64,000 nucleotides of DNA from an uncultured delta proteobacterium (GCA_963804165.1 CAWDPO010000045.1:1-64000); one strand, 5' to 3'. Shown: positions 1-10,681, numbered from the stretch's first letter. Translations and numbers: made by a program. Notes: generated by a model not told the origin, from the sequence alone.

Positions 1-243
1 CAGGCAAAGATCTTACCTATACCGACTCGGCTCATGGACGAGTATATCCACGCAATTCAGATAGGGCTTCGAGCGAAGAAGATTGGCTACAAGAAAGAAT
101 TTCTAAGAGAGAGTCTTAAAAGAAGTCAGAGTCCGTGGAAATGAATGTGAGGCTGACATATAAACTGCCGAATAAAATGAGAACTCCTCCATCCAGGGAC
201 GGCAAAAAGCCTCGGAAAGAGGAGTTCTTTACACTGTATCAAA
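1..243 (+). pseudogene. C-terminal remnant of a probable large serine recombinase/integrase (frameshifted, truncated by window edge)
   Basis: Joining frames gives ...KKEFLRE/LKEVRVRGNE/VRLTYKLP..., and the last frame runs on into the antisense tRNA (MVEPMGVEPTASRVRF*). This resembles serine-recombinase C-termini abutting tRNA att sites; the match is by eye only. Confidence 0.4.
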
Positions 244-319
<76 letters not shown>

Positions 320-336
320 GATAACTGAGGTAGATT

Positions 337-1179
337 TCAGAAACTGAGCACCTTATCTTTTAGGTCAGGCTTTTTCAACGCGTAGGCGATCGTGGCGCGA
401 ACGAAACCAACTGTCGCCGATATCGTAACGATCGCCGAGAAACTCGCAGCCGAAACCTTTACGCTCTCGCACCAGTTGAGCCAGACCATCGGTAAGCTGA
501 ATCTCGCCACCCGGCCAGACGGAAGCTTCTGCAGAATCGAGAAAATTTCAGGGCGCAGCACGTAGCGACCGATGATGGCCATCCTGGACGGCGCTTCCTT
601 TGCCGGCGGCTTCTCCACAGTCGCCTCAACTTGGTAGAGTCGCTCCTTCATGACTTTGCCCTTGATGATTCCGTACTGATGGACCTCCATCTCGGGCACT
701 TCCATTAGCGCCACCACCGACTCGTCCGTTTGATCGAAAATTTCCAATAACTGACGGATACAAGGCTTGTCGCTATCGATTAGATCGTCGGCAAGCATTA
801 CTGCAAAAGGTTCGTCGCCGACAAGATCGCGAGCACAGAGCACCGCATGGCCTAGCCCGAGCGGCTTTTTCTGCCGCACCGACACGACCTCGGTCATCTC
901 GGCGATGCGCCTGAGCATCTTGACCAATTCGTGCTGGCCGCGTTCGGCGAGCACCTGCTCCAATTCGGGAGCGTCATCAAAATGGTCTTCGATGCCGTCC
1001 TTGCCGCGGCCCGTGACAAAGATGATCTCTTCGATTCCCGCATCCACCGCTTCCTGCACGACGTATTGGATCGAGGGAACGTCGACGATCGGCAGGAGTT
1101 CTTTCGGTACGGTTTTTGTGGCAGGCAGAAAACGCGTTCCTAAACCGGCCACGGGGATGACTGCTTTTCTTAGCTTCAT
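337..1179 (-). CDS. galU: UTP--glucose-1-phosphate uridylyltransferase (compensating frameshifts near the C-terminus)
   Basis: KAVIPVAGLGTRFLPATK..PKE, VEKP motifs; the conserved GEIQLTD..RYD segment is present in an alternative frame at about 410-510. Confidence 0.93.
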   Translation of the reverse strand: MKLRKAVIPVAGLGTRFLPATKTVPKELLPIVDVPSIQYVVQEAVDAGIEEIIFVTGRGKDGIEDHFDDAPELEQVLAERGQHELVKMLRRIAEMTEVVSVRQKKPLGLGHAVLCARDLVGDEPFAVMLADDLIDSDKPCIRQLLEIFDQTDESVVALMEVPEMEVHQYGIIKGKVMKERLYQVEATVEKPPAKEAPSRMAIIGRYVLRPEIFSILQKLPSGRVARFSLPMVWLNWCESVKVSAASFSAIVTISATVGFVRATIAYALKKPDLKDKVLSF

Positions 1180-1196
1180 GGGGTTTTCCGATCAGG

Positions 1197-1562
1197 TTAA
1201 ACAACCCTCTTCGCTTTTCGCTCGGCGATTTCTTGACTCGACTTACAGCTGATGCAGAGTGTCGTCACCGGGCGAGCTTTGAGCCGTTCGATGCCGATGT
1301 CTTCCCCGCAGCCTTCACATATCCCATACTCGCCCGCCTCCAGACGCTTTAACGCCTCTTGAATTTTAAAAATAAGTTTGCGTTCACGATCGCGGATGCG
1401 CAAGATCGAATTTCGATTAGACTCCATGGATGCCCGATCGGTCGGGTCGGGAAAATTCCCCTCCTCGTCCATGTTCTCTACGGTTTTGCCGGCTTCCATC
1501 CGGAGCTCGGAGATACGTTGATTCAACAGACGACGGAAATATTCAGTTTCTTTTAGATTCAA
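1197..1562 (-). CDS. dksA: RNA polymerase-binding protein DksA
   Basis: DPTDRA coiled-coil tip, C4 zinc finger CEGC...CISC. Confidence 0.93.
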   Translation of the reverse strand: MNLKETEYFRRLLNQRISELRMEAGKTVENMDEEGNFPDPTDRASMESNRNSILRIRDRERKLIFKIQEALKRLEAGEYGICEGCGEDIGIERLKARPVTTLCISCKSSQEIAERKAKRVV

Positions 1563-1676
1563 GGAGCACCCAGTACGATCGCCAAAAAGTATTGCCGGTT
1601 ATTATAGGGAAAAGCTAGCAAACATCAACCGCGAGATTTATTTAATGAAGATCCCGCCGTTCGGTGATTGCTGGCG

Positions 1677-2498
1677 TTATTCGCCGAATGAGACCGGTCG
1701 AGGATGGGCCAGAACGTAAATCTCTGTCGACTTCGGCAACATGCCGCGATTTAGAGTTAGCTGCGACTGGGTAATTCTTTTCACCGGATAATGCTCCTGG
1801 GCAAATGCCGCAAAGAGCTCGGCTTGCCTTGAAATATCGTAGTGCATGGGGATCACGATCGGCGGCTTAACTTGTTCGATCACCTTGAGGATGTCATCGA
1901 AACCTAAATTAGTCATCGCGTCGATCGGAATCATGACGACGTCGACATGCTGCAGCACCTTGATTTGCTCCGGCGTCAACAGATGACCGATGTTTCCCAG
2001 GTGCGCCAGACAAAGGCTACCCATTTCGTACACGAAAATGGAATTGGCGATCGCTCCCCAACTCTGACTCCGCTGGCTCGGGATGTTAACAATGGTGATA
2101 TCCTTGACGCTGGTTCGAATCGGATTCCACGTTTGCTTGAAAGTAATACCGCGCAGAATGACTGGATTGCCCGTCACGGCTCCCGTATTGTTATGCGTGA
2201 AGTGATCGTTGCTCACGGTGACGGCGTCGGCTTGAATTCCCGGGGTTACGTTAAAGTTAGGGTCCGCGACGACTTTGGTTTGACTACCAGATTGGATCAA
2301 AAAACTTGAGTGCCCGTACCAATTGATGAAGTAGGAGCCTAGGGACGGTCCTTTCGCACCATTGCCGCGCGCCTGCACCAGCTGGCGGCCCTGATGAAAC
2401 ATATGGACTAAAGAAGGATTGCAGATCGCTTCGGCGATGCCGCGAAACGGCAGAAACAAAACCGCGCCAATGAGACCCAGAAAGCCACGCCGTTTCAT
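1677..2498 (-). CDS. MBL-fold metallo-hydrolase with Tat-like signal peptide
   Basis: MKRRGFLG N-terminus, WYGHSSF, SNDHFTHN, PMHY motifs; ATGA overlap with upstream stop. Confidence 0.8.
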   Translation of the reverse strand: MKRRGFLGLIGAVLFLPFRGIAEAICNPSLVHMFHQGRQLVQARGNGAKGPSLGSYFINWYGHSSFLIQSGSQTKVVADPNFNVTPGIQADAVTVSNDHFTHNNTGAVTGNPVILRGITFKQTWNPIRTSVKDITIVNIPSQRSQSWGAIANSIFVYEMGSLCLAHLGNIGHLLTPEQIKVLQHVDVVMIPIDAMTNLGFDDILKVIEQVKPPIVIPMHYDISRQAELFAAFAQEHYPVKRITQSQLTLNRGMLPKSTEIYVLAHPRPVSFGE

Positions 2499-3064
2499 TT
2501 TTCCTCCTCGATGATCAAAGCCGTAAAGCAGGAAACCGTGGTATCCGGCCGACGCCAAGCGTCTTTAGGCAATTCTGCTTTTAGGCACGTTTGTCCCAAA
2601 AAGGTTTCCATGTTCCAGCCGTATTCTGCGGCGACCTGCGGCAAGAGCACGCCGCGTTTCCGATCACGCGCGACATGAAGTCCATGTTTGCCTATTTCTA
2701 AGGACAGTGGATTCTCAGTTCGCTCCAAGGGGGATATGACTGAGATGTCGATATGAATTTGATCAAGCTCGTCGGCGCGCACCGGCTTGACTCGTCGATC
2801 ACGCATCGCCGCGGCCTCGGTCATTTCAACGATTACCTCGCGCAAGGCGATCGACGGCGTACAGGTGCCGATACAACCACGAAGCTCATCCTCTTTGAAA
2901 AGAGTCACAAAGGCGCCGTAGTTGATCGCTTCCAAATAGGGATCAGGGCTACTCGCGCTTTTATCCGGACACCGTCCTACGACGAATTCGAGCGTCCGCC
3001 GGGCGATTTCCATCAAGCGCCGCTGCGAGTCGGCTGGAAGGTGGACGTCAACCATGATCGGCAC
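2495..3064 (-). CDS. AMMECR1-domain protein (AmmeMemoRadiSam protein A)
   Basis: GAFVTL..LRGCIG, LLPQVA..W, CLKA motifs. Confidence 0.9.
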   Translation of the reverse strand: MPIMVDVHLPADSQRRLMEIARRTLEFVVGRCPDKSASSPDPYLEAINYGAFVTLFKEDELRGCIGTCTPSIALREVIVEMTEAAAMRDRRVKPVRADELDQIHIDISVISPLERTENPLSLEIGKHGLHVARDRKRGVLLPQVAAEYGWNMETFLGQTCLKAELPKDAWRRPDTTVSCFTALIIEEEK

Positions 3065-3129
3065 CGAATCAAGCCGAAGTCTATCGCCGCGCTGGTGGGA
3101 TTACAAGAATTGTTAAACGCGCAATTCTG

Positions 3130-3522
3130 TCAAACACTGCAATGTTTGCAGGTGCCGTAAAAGGCCAGCTGGTGGGAAGTTACCCTGAACCCCTCATGGG
3201 GCAATTTAGCGGGCTTGATCTCTTTCTGGTTATCGACCAAGACGTCATAGACCCGGTCACAAATCTCACAGAAAAAATGCTGATGTCTTTCCACCAGAGG
3301 ATCGAAATGTTGCGAACGCCCGCGCATCAACACCTGAAGTTTCTGCTCAGCAACCAATTTTTGCAGATTGCGATAGACGGTTCCGAGGCTGATAGTCGGC
3401 AATTTTTTACGTACCCGGTCATAAATTTGGTCCGCAGTCGGATGGGACTTATCTTCCCTCACCGCGTCCCAAACGATTTCAAGCTGTTTCGTCGTTCTTG
3501 GCAGTTTTCGTGCTTTTGCCAT
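3130..3522 (-). CDS. perR: Fur-family repressor, PerR-like
   Basis: HPTA, SLGTVYRNL, HQHFFCEIC, CKHC; downstream of rubrerythrin. Confidence 0.8.
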   Translation of the reverse strand: MAKARKLPRTTKQLEIVWDAVREDKSHPTADQIYDRVRKKLPTISLGTVYRNLQKLVAEQKLQVLMRGRSQHFDPLVERHQHFFCEICDRVYDVLVDNQKEIKPAKLPHEGFRVTSHQLAFYGTCKHCSV

Positions 3523-3524
3523 GG

Positions 3525-4100
3525 TTAGGCCACCAGATCGTCGGCCAAGGATCGTTGCGCGTCCGGAGAAATCGCCGCTCGAGCTTTGTAATTCGGGTGA
3601 TCGATGACTAGCTCCGCCGGTTCGCCACTGCGAAACGCCTCACGGGCTTGGGTCTCAAAAGAAAACCTTACGTATTGTACCGCGCTGATTTTATCTTCTT
3701 TACTGCGCCCCTCTTCGAAACGACATTGAATCGAATGCGCCCCGACTTGGAGATAAACCGACTCGTCGATCCCCAAGAATTTTAGCAGGTCCTCGCGCAG
3801 ATGGGATTGATCTTCGATTTCCAAGAATAGTGTCGCGCTCAGCTCGCTGGGATTTGGAATAAGCTCATTGTACACCGCGATTTCTTCGCGGATCTTGTCG
3901 AGATCGGCGATCTTTTCCGCGCGCAGCATTTCCTGGATCTGAAAGATCACGGTGTCGCGGTTCTCGAAAACAATGGATACTTTATCACCGACCGCGATTC
4001 GGCGCTTTTTCTTTTTTTCGATAATGTCCTCGCGAAATTTCTCGCGAACTTTTTCGTAGGCCGTAAAGCCGAGGATATCATCGAGAGCAACTTTTTTCAT
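3525..4100 (-). CDS. DUF3501 family protein
   Basis: FENRDT..FQIQEMLRAE, YNELIP, SAVQYVRF, DHPNY; rubrerythrin context. Confidence 0.85.
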   Translation of the reverse strand: MKKVALDDILGFTAYEKVREKFREDIIEKKKKRRIAVGDKVSIVFENRDTVIFQIQEMLRAEKIADLDKIREEIAVYNELIPNPSELSATLFLEIEDQSHLREDLLKFLGIDESVYLQVGAHSIQCRFEEGRSKEDKISAVQYVRFSFETQAREAFRSGEPAELVIDHPNYKARAAISPDAQRSLADDLVA

Positions 4101-4209
4101 TTTGCCGTCTGAAACCTCTAAGAGTTTTACCTGATAATGCTACCGCCGCCCGCCAGTACTCGAACTAAGTTTAAGAATAAGACCAGTTCAGTGTCGTGCC
4201 GCGCTCATG

Positions 4210-4260
4210 TCCGAGTTGGCGGACGCGGATGGCTATTTGAACCTTATCCGCCAACTCGGA
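4210..4260. repeat. Perfect 14-bp inverted repeat between rubrerythrin and DUF3501
   Basis: TCCGAGTTGGCGGA (4210-4223) / TCCGCCAACTCGGA (4247-4260). Confidence 0.8.
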
Positions 4261-4281
4261 GTCACCTCAAGCAAACAAAGA

Positions 4282-4707
4282 CTAGCTCCCCAGAGTATCG
4301 AGGCCTTTAGTGAACCTGCCGGCATGCGACTTTTCCGCTTTTGCCAGGGTCTCAAACCATTCGGCCAATTCCGGGAGACCCTCGTCCCGTGCGGTTTTGG
4401 CGAATCCGGGATACATTTCGGTGTATTCATAGGTTTCGCCTTCGACGGCGGACTTTAGATTCTTCGAGGTGGTACCGATGGGCACCCCCGTGCACGGATC
4501 GCCGACCTCTTTTAGAAAATCGAGATGTCCGAAGGCATGACCGGTTTCCGCCTCGGAGGTGTCGCGAAATAGCCCACCCACATCAGGATAGCCTTCAATA
4601 TCAGCGACCCGTGCGAAATACAGGTAACGTCTGTTCGCCTGAGACTCGCCCGCAAAAGCATGCTTCAGGTTGTCGTGACTCTTTGTTCCAGATAAAGTTT
4701 TTGCCAT
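4282..4707 (-). CDS. rbr: Short rubrerythrin (no rubredoxin domain)
   Basis: [35 protein letters not shown] diiron motifs. Confidence 0.92.
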   Translation of the reverse strand: MAKTLSGTKSHDNLKHAFAGESQANRRYLYFARVADIEGYPDVGGLFRDTSEAETGHAFGHLDFLKEVGDPCTGVPIGTTSKNLKSAVEGETYEYTEMYPGFAKTARDEGLPELAEWFETLAKAEKSHAGRFTKGLDTLGS

Positions 4708-4720
4708 AAAACCCCTCTTT

Positions 4721-4748
4721 CTTATTAGTAATAATTACTACTAATAAG
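4721..4748. promoter_or_regulatory. AT-rich dyad, probable PerR/Fur operator of the rbr operon
   Basis: CTTATTAGTA-ATAATTAC-TACTAATAAG palindrome immediately upstream of the rbr RBS; a Fur-family gene lies in the same operon. Confidence 0.7.
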
Positions 4749-4846
4749 ATTTTCGGTACGAGTCAAGTATCGACTCGCTTTTTTTGCCATAGTAGTTCTG
4801 ATACTTCTCTTCATAGCCGACGCCGTGTCATCCATAAGGAATCCTC

Positions 4847-5167
4847 ATGATCTCCATCGATGATTTTCGTAAAGTTGAACTGAAGATTGCCACCGTCAAA
4901 TCAGCGGAACCCCACCCGAACGCCGACAAGCTCATGGTTTTGCAAATTGATCTGGGCTCCGAACAGCGGCAAATTTGCGCTGGGATCAGGAACCATTACA
5001 CGCCGGAAGAACTGGTCGGCAAACAAATCGTCGTCGTTGCCAACCTGGAGACGGCGAAGCTTCGGGGTCTAGAGAGCCAGGGCATGCTTCTGGCGGCATC
5101 CAACGAAGGGCGCGTCATCGTCCTGACGCCGGAGAAGTCAGTGCTCGCTGGCGCAAAGGTGTCGTGA
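4847..5167 (+). CDS. tRNA-binding OB-fold protein (MetRS C-terminal/Trbp111/CsaA-like)
   Basis: ISIDDFRKVEL, HPNADKL, NL..AKLRG.ESQGMLLAA. Confidence 0.9.
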   Translation: MISIDDFRKVELKIATVKSAEPHPNADKLMVLQIDLGSEQRQICAGIRNHYTPEELVGKQIVVVANLETAKLRGLESQGMLLAASNEGRVIVLTPEKSVLAGAKVS

Positions 5168-5200
5168 GACTAGCGCGTGCAGGGGTCACGGAAATTCTAA

Positions 5201-6334
5201 ATGTCGAATAACGTTTGGGGACGGCCGACGGTCTGTTTCATCGATCACGACGCGTTGCGTTGGAATGTGCGTCAGATCCGCGCCAAGGTCGGGGCGAGCA
5301 TTAAGATCCTCTGCATGGTGAAAGCCAACGGTTACGGTCATGGCGCGGCGGCGGTCTCGCAAACGCTCGCCGCCAACGGAGCGGATGCGTTCGGCGTCGC
5401 GACCCTGGAAGAAGCAGTCGAGCTGCGGCGGGCGGGCATTGATGCACCCATCATCGTATTAGCTGGCGCTTTTCTAGATCAGTTCGACGAGTTTGTCGGT
5501 CATGCACTAACGCCGGTGGTTTACGATCTGGCAAGCCTCAGGCAACTCGACGCCGAAGCGCAGCGTCGGCAAAAACCGCTTGGCGTACATTTGAAAATTG
5601 ATACCGGCATGGGACGGCTCGGCGTTCTCGCCGCCGACGCAAAGGAATGGATCGCAGAGCTCAAGAATCTACGTGCACTGAAGTTGGCAGGGGTCTTCTC
5701 GCACTTTTCTCATGCCGAAAGCGTAGAGGGAGACTACACCAGAAAACAACTGGCAAGTTTTAATGACGTTATCGCTCTGCTGCGCGCACAAGGTTTGGCG
5801 CCACCGCTGATCCATTTCGCCAATAGCGCAGCCACGATTACGCTGCCAGCGGCTTATTTCGATATGGTGCGCCCCGGCATCATGCTTTACGGCGTCTATC
5901 CCTCGATTGCGATGGCAAGTCAAATTGTCCTCAAGCCGGTGCTGTCGTGGAAAACTAAAATCTTGCAGCTCAAAAAAACGCCGTCGGGAGCGAGCATCAG
6001 TTACGGTCAGACCTTCGTGACCAAGCGGGAAAGTTTGATCGCGACGCTTCCTGTCGGTTATGCCGACGGATATCCACGCCTACTCTCCAATTGCGGCGCA
6101 GCGCTTGTCGACGGTCAACGCGCACCGATCGCTGGGAGAGTGTGCATGGATTTGACTATGATCGATGTTACCGATATACGAAATGTACAACAGGGGGATG
6201 AGGTTGTTCTCCTCGGTCGTCAAGGCGCCGCGGAAATCTCCGCCGACGAAATGGCCGCCTGGACCAACACAATCTCGTACGAGATTCTCACTTCCGTCAG
6301 CGCTCGCGTGCCCCGCATTCACTACAATACCTAG
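5201..6334 (+). CDS. alr: Alanine racemase
   Basis: VKANGYGHG PLP lysine, KIDTGMGRLG, GYADG, GRVCMD. Confidence 0.96.
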   Translation: MSNNVWGRPTVCFIDHDALRWNVRQIRAKVGASIKILCMVKANGYGHGAAAVSQTLAANGADAFGVATLEEAVELRRAGIDAPIIVLAGAFLDQFDEFVGHALTPVVYDLASLRQLDAEAQRRQKPLGVHLKIDTGMGRLGVLAADAKEWIAELKNLRALKLAGVFSHFSHAESVEGDYTRKQLASFNDVIALLRAQGLAPPLIHFANSAATITLPAAYFDMVRPGIMLYGVYPSIAMASQIVLKPVLSWKTKILQLKKTPSGASISYGQTFVTKRESLIATLPVGYADGYPRLLSNCGAALVDGQRAPIAGRVCMDLTMIDVTDIRNVQQGDEVVLLGRQGAAEISADEMAAWTNTISYEILTSVSARVPRIHYNT

Positions 6335-6348
6335 GAGGATCACCCGCA

Positions 6349-7923
6349 GTGGCCAGGATCGAAAGGGCCCTCATCAGCGTTTCTGAAAAGAAAGGCATCG
6401 TCGAGTTTTCCCGCGCTCTCGCGCAAATGAACGTCGAGCTGGTTTCGACAGGCGGCACGGCCGCGCTTTTACGCGACAACAAAATCCCCGTCAAAGATGT
6501 GTCCGAGCTCACCGGCTTTCCCGAAATGATGGACGGCCGAGTAAAGACTTTGCATCCGAAAATTCACGGCGCCATTCTCGCTTTGCGAGACAATCCTGCG
6601 CACGTCGCCAAAATGAAGGAGCACGGCATTGCGCCCATCGATCTCGTCGTCGTCAATCTGTATCCGTTTGAAGCGACGGTGGCGCGCGGCGCGGCCTTCG
6701 AGGAAGTCGTTGAGAATATCGATATCGGCGGACCGAGTATGGTGCGTGCCGCGGCGAAGAATCATCAACACGTCGGCGTGATCGTCGACCCCGAAGACTA
6801 CCATGCGATCTTGGCGGAATTGAAGGCGAATGATCGCACGCTCTCACCGGCGACGCGCTTTCGACTTTTCTGCAAAGCCTTTCAGCACACCGCTCACTAC
6901 GACGGCGCGATTTCAAATTACTTCTCGTCGCTCGACGAAACCAAGAAGCCGCAGCGCTGGGGACAGACGGTCGATATTCAGGTGTCGAAGATTCAAGGCA
7001 TGCGCTACGGCGAAAACCCGCATCAAAGCGCCGCTTTCTATGCTACCCAAGGCGACACGGGTCCGACGATCGCGGGCGCCAAACAGTTCCAAGGGAAAGA
7101 GCTTTCCTTCAATAACATTTTGGACGCCGACGCAGCGTTGAGCACAGTCTTGGAATTCTCCGAGATCGCCACCGTCGCCATCAAGCACAACAATCCTTGC
7201 GGCGTCGCGCTGTCGAAGAAATCGTTGGCGGACGCATTTCGCAAAGCAAAAGCCTGCGACCCGGTTTCGATCTTCGGCGGCGTAATCGCTTTCAACCGGC
7301 CGGTCGACGAAGAGACCGCTCAAGAGCTCAAAGATATTTTTCTGGAAATCGTGATCGCGCCGACCTTCACGCCTGAAGCGAAAGCCGTGCTCTCGTCGGC
7401 GAAGAGGCTGCTCAACATTCGTTTGCTCGAGCTCGATATGAGTCAGCCTCAAGCCGGCGGCTACGATCTGCGCCGCGTGCGTGGCGGCATGTTGATCCAA
7501 GACTGGGATACCGGCAAGATCGACGTCCGCGCATGCAAAGTCGTGACGGAAAGAAAACCCACGGAAGAAGAATACCAGGCCCTCGACTTTGCCTGGCGGG
7601 TTTGCCGTCACGTAAAATCGAACACCATCGTGTTCGCGGCGCCGGATCAAGTCCTCGGTGTCGGTGCCGGTCAGATGAGCCGGATCGATTCGACTAAGAT
7701 CGCCGTCATGCGCGCCGCAACGCACGGATTGGACCTGAAGGGTTCGACTGTCGCCTCCGACGCTTTCTATCCGTTTCGCGATGGATTGGACGAGGCAGCC
7801 AACGCCGGCGCCAAATCGATCATTCAACCCGGTGGTTCGATCAAGGACGACGAAGTCATCGCCGCGGCCAATGAACATGGCATCGCGATGATTTTCACCG
7901 GCATGCGACACTTTAGACATTAG
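6349..7923 (+). CDS. purH: Bifunctional AICAR transformylase/IMP cyclohydrolase
   Basis: [34 protein letters not shown] end. Confidence 0.98.
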   Translation: MARIERALISVSEKKGIVEFSRALAQMNVELVSTGGTAALLRDNKIPVKDVSELTGFPEMMDGRVKTLHPKIHGAILALRDNPAHVAKMKEHGIAPIDLVVVNLYPFEATVARGAAFEEVVENIDIGGPSMVRAAAKNHQHVGVIVDPEDYHAILAELKANDRTLSPATRFRLFCKAFQHTAHYDGAISNYFSSLDETKKPQRWGQTVDIQVSKIQGMRYGENPHQSAAFYATQGDTGPTIAGAKQFQGKELSFNNILDADAALSTVLEFSEIATVAIKHNNPCGVALSKKSLADAFRKAKACDPVSIFGGVIAFNRPVDEETAQELKDIFLEIVIAPTFTPEAKAVLSSAKRLLNIRLLELDMSQPQAGGYDLRRVRGGMLIQDWDTGKIDVRACKVVTERKPTEEEYQALDFAWRVCRHVKSNTIVFAAPDQVLGVGAGQMSRIDSTKIAVMRAATHGLDLKGSTVASDAFYPFRDGLDEAANAGAKSIIQPGGSIKDDEVIAAANEHGIAMIFTGMRHFRH

Positions 7924-7972
7924 CCGAGAATCGAGAATGGCGATCCTCTATCTGCCATCTTCAATCTTCGGC
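7924..7972. repeat. Heptamer-periodic imperfect hairpin after the purH stop
   Basis: GAGAATC GAGAATG GCGA... paired with ...GCCATCTTCAATCTTCGG. Confidence 0.5.
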
Positions 7973-7992
7973 GATAATTTTCCCCATCACGA

Positions 7993-9267
7993 ATGAAAGT
8001 CCTGGTCATCGGCAGCGGAGGGCGCGAGCACGCGCTGGTTTGGAAAATCAACCAAAGCCCGCACGTCGCGAAAATCTACTGCGCTCCCGGCAGCGCGGCT
8101 ATCGGCGAACTTGCCGAGCTTGCTGCCATCGCTCCGGAACAAACCGAACAGCTCGCGGACTTCGCAACGAAAGAAAAAATCGATCTTACCGTCGTCGGAC
8201 CGGAACTGCCCCTCACCCTTGGCATTGTCGATCTGTTTGAATCGCGCGGTCTAAGAATTTTTGGCCCAAACAAAATGGCCGCGCAGCTTGAAGGGAGCAA
8301 AGCCTTCGCCAAAGAAATTCTTCAGCAAAACAATATCCCGACCGCCGCGTCCAGTACATTTACCGACCCGATCTCGGCAAAGCAATATATAACGCGACAA
8401 AGAGCGCCTTACGTCATCAAAGCAGACGGTCTCGCCGGCGGCAAAGGCGTGATTATTTGTCAGAGTCGCAGCGAAGCGGAGACCGCCGTCGATGAGATTC
8501 TCATGCGCAAGGCATTTGGCGAAGCGGGCGATAAACTTGTCATCGAAGAGTTTTTGGCAGGAGAAGAAGCCTCGTTCATGGTCTTGACCGACGGTGAGCA
8601 TGTTTTGCCGCTCGCGTCGTCGCAGGATCACAAGCGCGTGTTCGACGGCGACCAAGGTCCCAACACCGGCGGCATGGGCGCCTACTCACCCGCGCCCGTG
8701 GTGACACCGGAGCTAAACGAACGAATTCTGCGTGAAATCCTCGCGCCGCTTCTCGCTGCGCTCAAGAAACGAAATATTCGTTACCGCGGCGTGATTTATG
8801 TCGGCCTGATGATTACCGAAGATGGTCCGAAGGTTTTGGAATTCAACGCGCGCTTCGGCGACCCCGAGTGTCAGCCGATCATGATGCGGCTGAAAAGCGA
8901 TCTAGTGCCGTTGCTGGAAGCGACCATCGATGGCAAATTAAACGAAATATCCCCACAATGGCACGACGCGCCCGCTGTTTGTGTCGTGCTGACCGCCAAC
9001 GGCTATCCCGGCGCCTATGACAAAGGCAAAGAGATTCGTGGCCTCGATAAGTTAGAGAATTGGAGCAATGGTTTCGTCTTTCACGCCGGCACGATCAAAC
9101 AGAGTAATCGTTGGCTGACGTCAGGCGGTCGTGTGCTCGGCGTGACGGCTCGCGGCGAAAGTATTGCGGCGGCCGTCAAGGAAGTTTATCGCGGCGTCGG
9201 TGAAATTGCCTGGGACGGCATGCACTATCGCAAGGACATCGCGCAAAGGGCCTTAAGGAAAGTCTAG
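7993..9267 (+). CDS. purD: Phosphoribosylamine--glycine ligase
   Basis: GSGGREHAL, KADGLAGGKGV, GPNTGGMGAY, EFNARFGDPE. Confidence 0.98.
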   Translation: MKVLVIGSGGREHALVWKINQSPHVAKIYCAPGSAAIGELAELAAIAPEQTEQLADFATKEKIDLTVVGPELPLTLGIVDLFESRGLRIFGPNKMAAQLEGSKAFAKEILQQNNIPTAASSTFTDPISAKQYITRQRAPYVIKADGLAGGKGVIICQSRSEAETAVDEILMRKAFGEAGDKLVIEEFLAGEEASFMVLTDGEHVLPLASSQDHKRVFDGDQGPNTGGMGAYSPAPVVTPELNERILREILAPLLAALKKRNIRYRGVIYVGLMITEDGPKVLEFNARFGDPECQPIMMRLKSDLVPLLEATIDGKLNEISPQWHDAPAVCVVLTANGYPGAYDKGKEIRGLDKLENWSNGFVFHAGTIKQSNRWLTSGGRVLGVTARGESIAAAVKEVYRGVGEIAWDGMHYRKDIAQRALRKV

Positions 9268-9320
9268 CGTCTAGAGTTTGGAGTTTTAAACCCAAAACTC
9301 TAAACCTTAGACCCTCGACT
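9261..9320. repeat. Heptamer-periodic inverted repeat overlapping the purD stop
   Basis: AGTCTAGCGTCTAGAGTTTGGAGTTTT versus the reverse complement of 9294-9320, AGTCGAGGGTCTAAGGTTTAGAGTTTT (22/27). Confidence 0.65.
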
Positions 9321-9343
9321 GATTAACTTCGGAGGAATCTAAC

Positions 9344-9859
9344 GTGGCAGACAAAAAAGCCAGAGTCGGCATCTTAATGGGTAGCGATTCCGATCTCGAG
9401 GTGATGCGCGAAGTGGAAAAGCGGCTCGATTCCTTCGGCATTGCCTATGAGACCCGCATCATGTCGGCGCATCGGACACCTGCAAAAGCAGCCGAATACG
9501 CCGCAACCGCAGAACAGCGGGGCTTGGAAGTGATCATCTGCGGCGCCGGCGCCGCGGCGCACTTGGCCGGCGCGATTGCCGCGAACACAACTCTGCCGGT
9601 TATCGGCATTCCGATCGATTCCTCGAGCCTCAAGGGCCTCGACGCTCTGCTGGCCACGGTGCAGATGCCCGCCGGCATTCCCGTGGCCACGATGGCGATC
9701 GGCAAAGCCGGCGCGGCCAATGCCGGCATCCTCGCGGCGCAAATCATCGCGCGTAAGGATGCCGAGATCGCCGCCAAACTAGCACACGCAAAAAAGGAGA
9801 TGGCCGTCGGTGTCGAGGAGCGCGACCGAAAGCTCCAGAGTGAAAGAAGCAAGAGCTGA
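9344..9859 (+). CDS. purE: N5-CAIR mutase
   Basis: MGSDSD, SAHRTP, AAHLAG, VQMPAGIPVAT. Confidence 0.97.
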   Translation: MADKKARVGILMGSDSDLEVMREVEKRLDSFGIAYETRIMSAHRTPAKAAEYAATAEQRGLEVIICGAGAAAHLAGAIAANTTLPVIGIPIDSSSLKGLDALLATVQMPAGIPVATMAIGKAGAANAGILAAQIIARKDAEIAAKLAHAKKEMAVGVEERDRKLQSERSKS

Positions 9860-10463
9860 AACGATTTCAGTCGCCGTTGCCGCTCTTAGGCGCGGTGACG
9901 TCATCGCTTTTCCTACCGAGACGCTCTACGGTTTGGGTGCCGACGCGCTCAACACCGCTGCGGTCAACAAGGTCTTCCAACTCAAAGGCCGCGATTTCGC
10001 CAACCCGATTCCCGTGCTTGTCACCGACCGAGACATGCTCGGCACTCTAGTTGGTGAAGTTCCACCACTTGCACAACGACTCATCGACGACTTCTGGCCC
10101 GGTCCGCTCACCTTGATTTTGCCGGCGAAAAAAGGCGTTCCCGAGCCGCTTTTGAATTCGTCAGGCGGAGTCGGTGTGCGCATTTCGAGCCAATCGATCG
10201 CTACCGAACTGACCAAAGCGCTCGGGCATCCGATTACCGCGACCAGCGCAAATCCTTCAGGAAGAACGCCGGCTAGAACCGTTGAAGAGGCGAAAAAATA
10301 TTTTGTCCGTGAGATAGACGTCTTCGTCGATGGCGGCGAGCTTACTTCGAAAACCGGCTCCACGGTCGCCGAGGTCGTCGGCGATACGATCAGAGTCGTT
10401 CGCGAAGGCGAGATCAGCAGAGCCGAACTCGAACAAGCTGTGGGGAAAGGCAAGGTCCTATGA
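9840..10463 (+). CDS. tsaC: L-threonylcarbamoyladenylate synthase (TsaC/Sua5 family)
   Basis: FPTETLYGLG, KGR, WPGPLT, TSANPSG; likely GTG start. Confidence 0.92.
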   Translation: MKEARAETISVAVAALRRGDVIAFPTETLYGLGADALNTAAVNKVFQLKGRDFANPIPVLVTDRDMLGTLVGEVPPLAQRLIDDFWPGPLTLILPAKKGVPEPLLNSSGGVGVRISSQSIATELTKALGHPITATSANPSGRTPARTVEEAKKYFVREIDVFVDGGELTSKTGSTVAEVVGDTIRVVREGEISRAELEQAVGKGKVL

Positions 10464-10681
10464 TGAACAAATACCGATCAGTTCTCCTCGCGCTCGCCGC
10501 CGCATGGCTTCCGTTCTATGGCTGCGAGTCAAAATCGGATACCGTGACCAAAGGCAGGGAGGCGGTTAAAGAAGTCGTGACGCAGCCGTTCAACACGTTG
10601 GAGGCCGCAAAGGACTCGCTCAAGCAGAGCGAAGAGAAAAGCAAAGCCGCTCTCGAAGAAGCCGACAAAGAAGCGAAATGA
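10460..10681 (+). CDS. Small putative lipoprotein
   Basis: Signal peptide ending FYGC, ATGA overlap with tsaC. Confidence 0.65.
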   Translation: MMNKYRSVLLALAAAWLPFYGCESKSDTVTKGREAVKEVVTQPFNTLEAAKDSLKQSEEKSKAALEEADKEAK

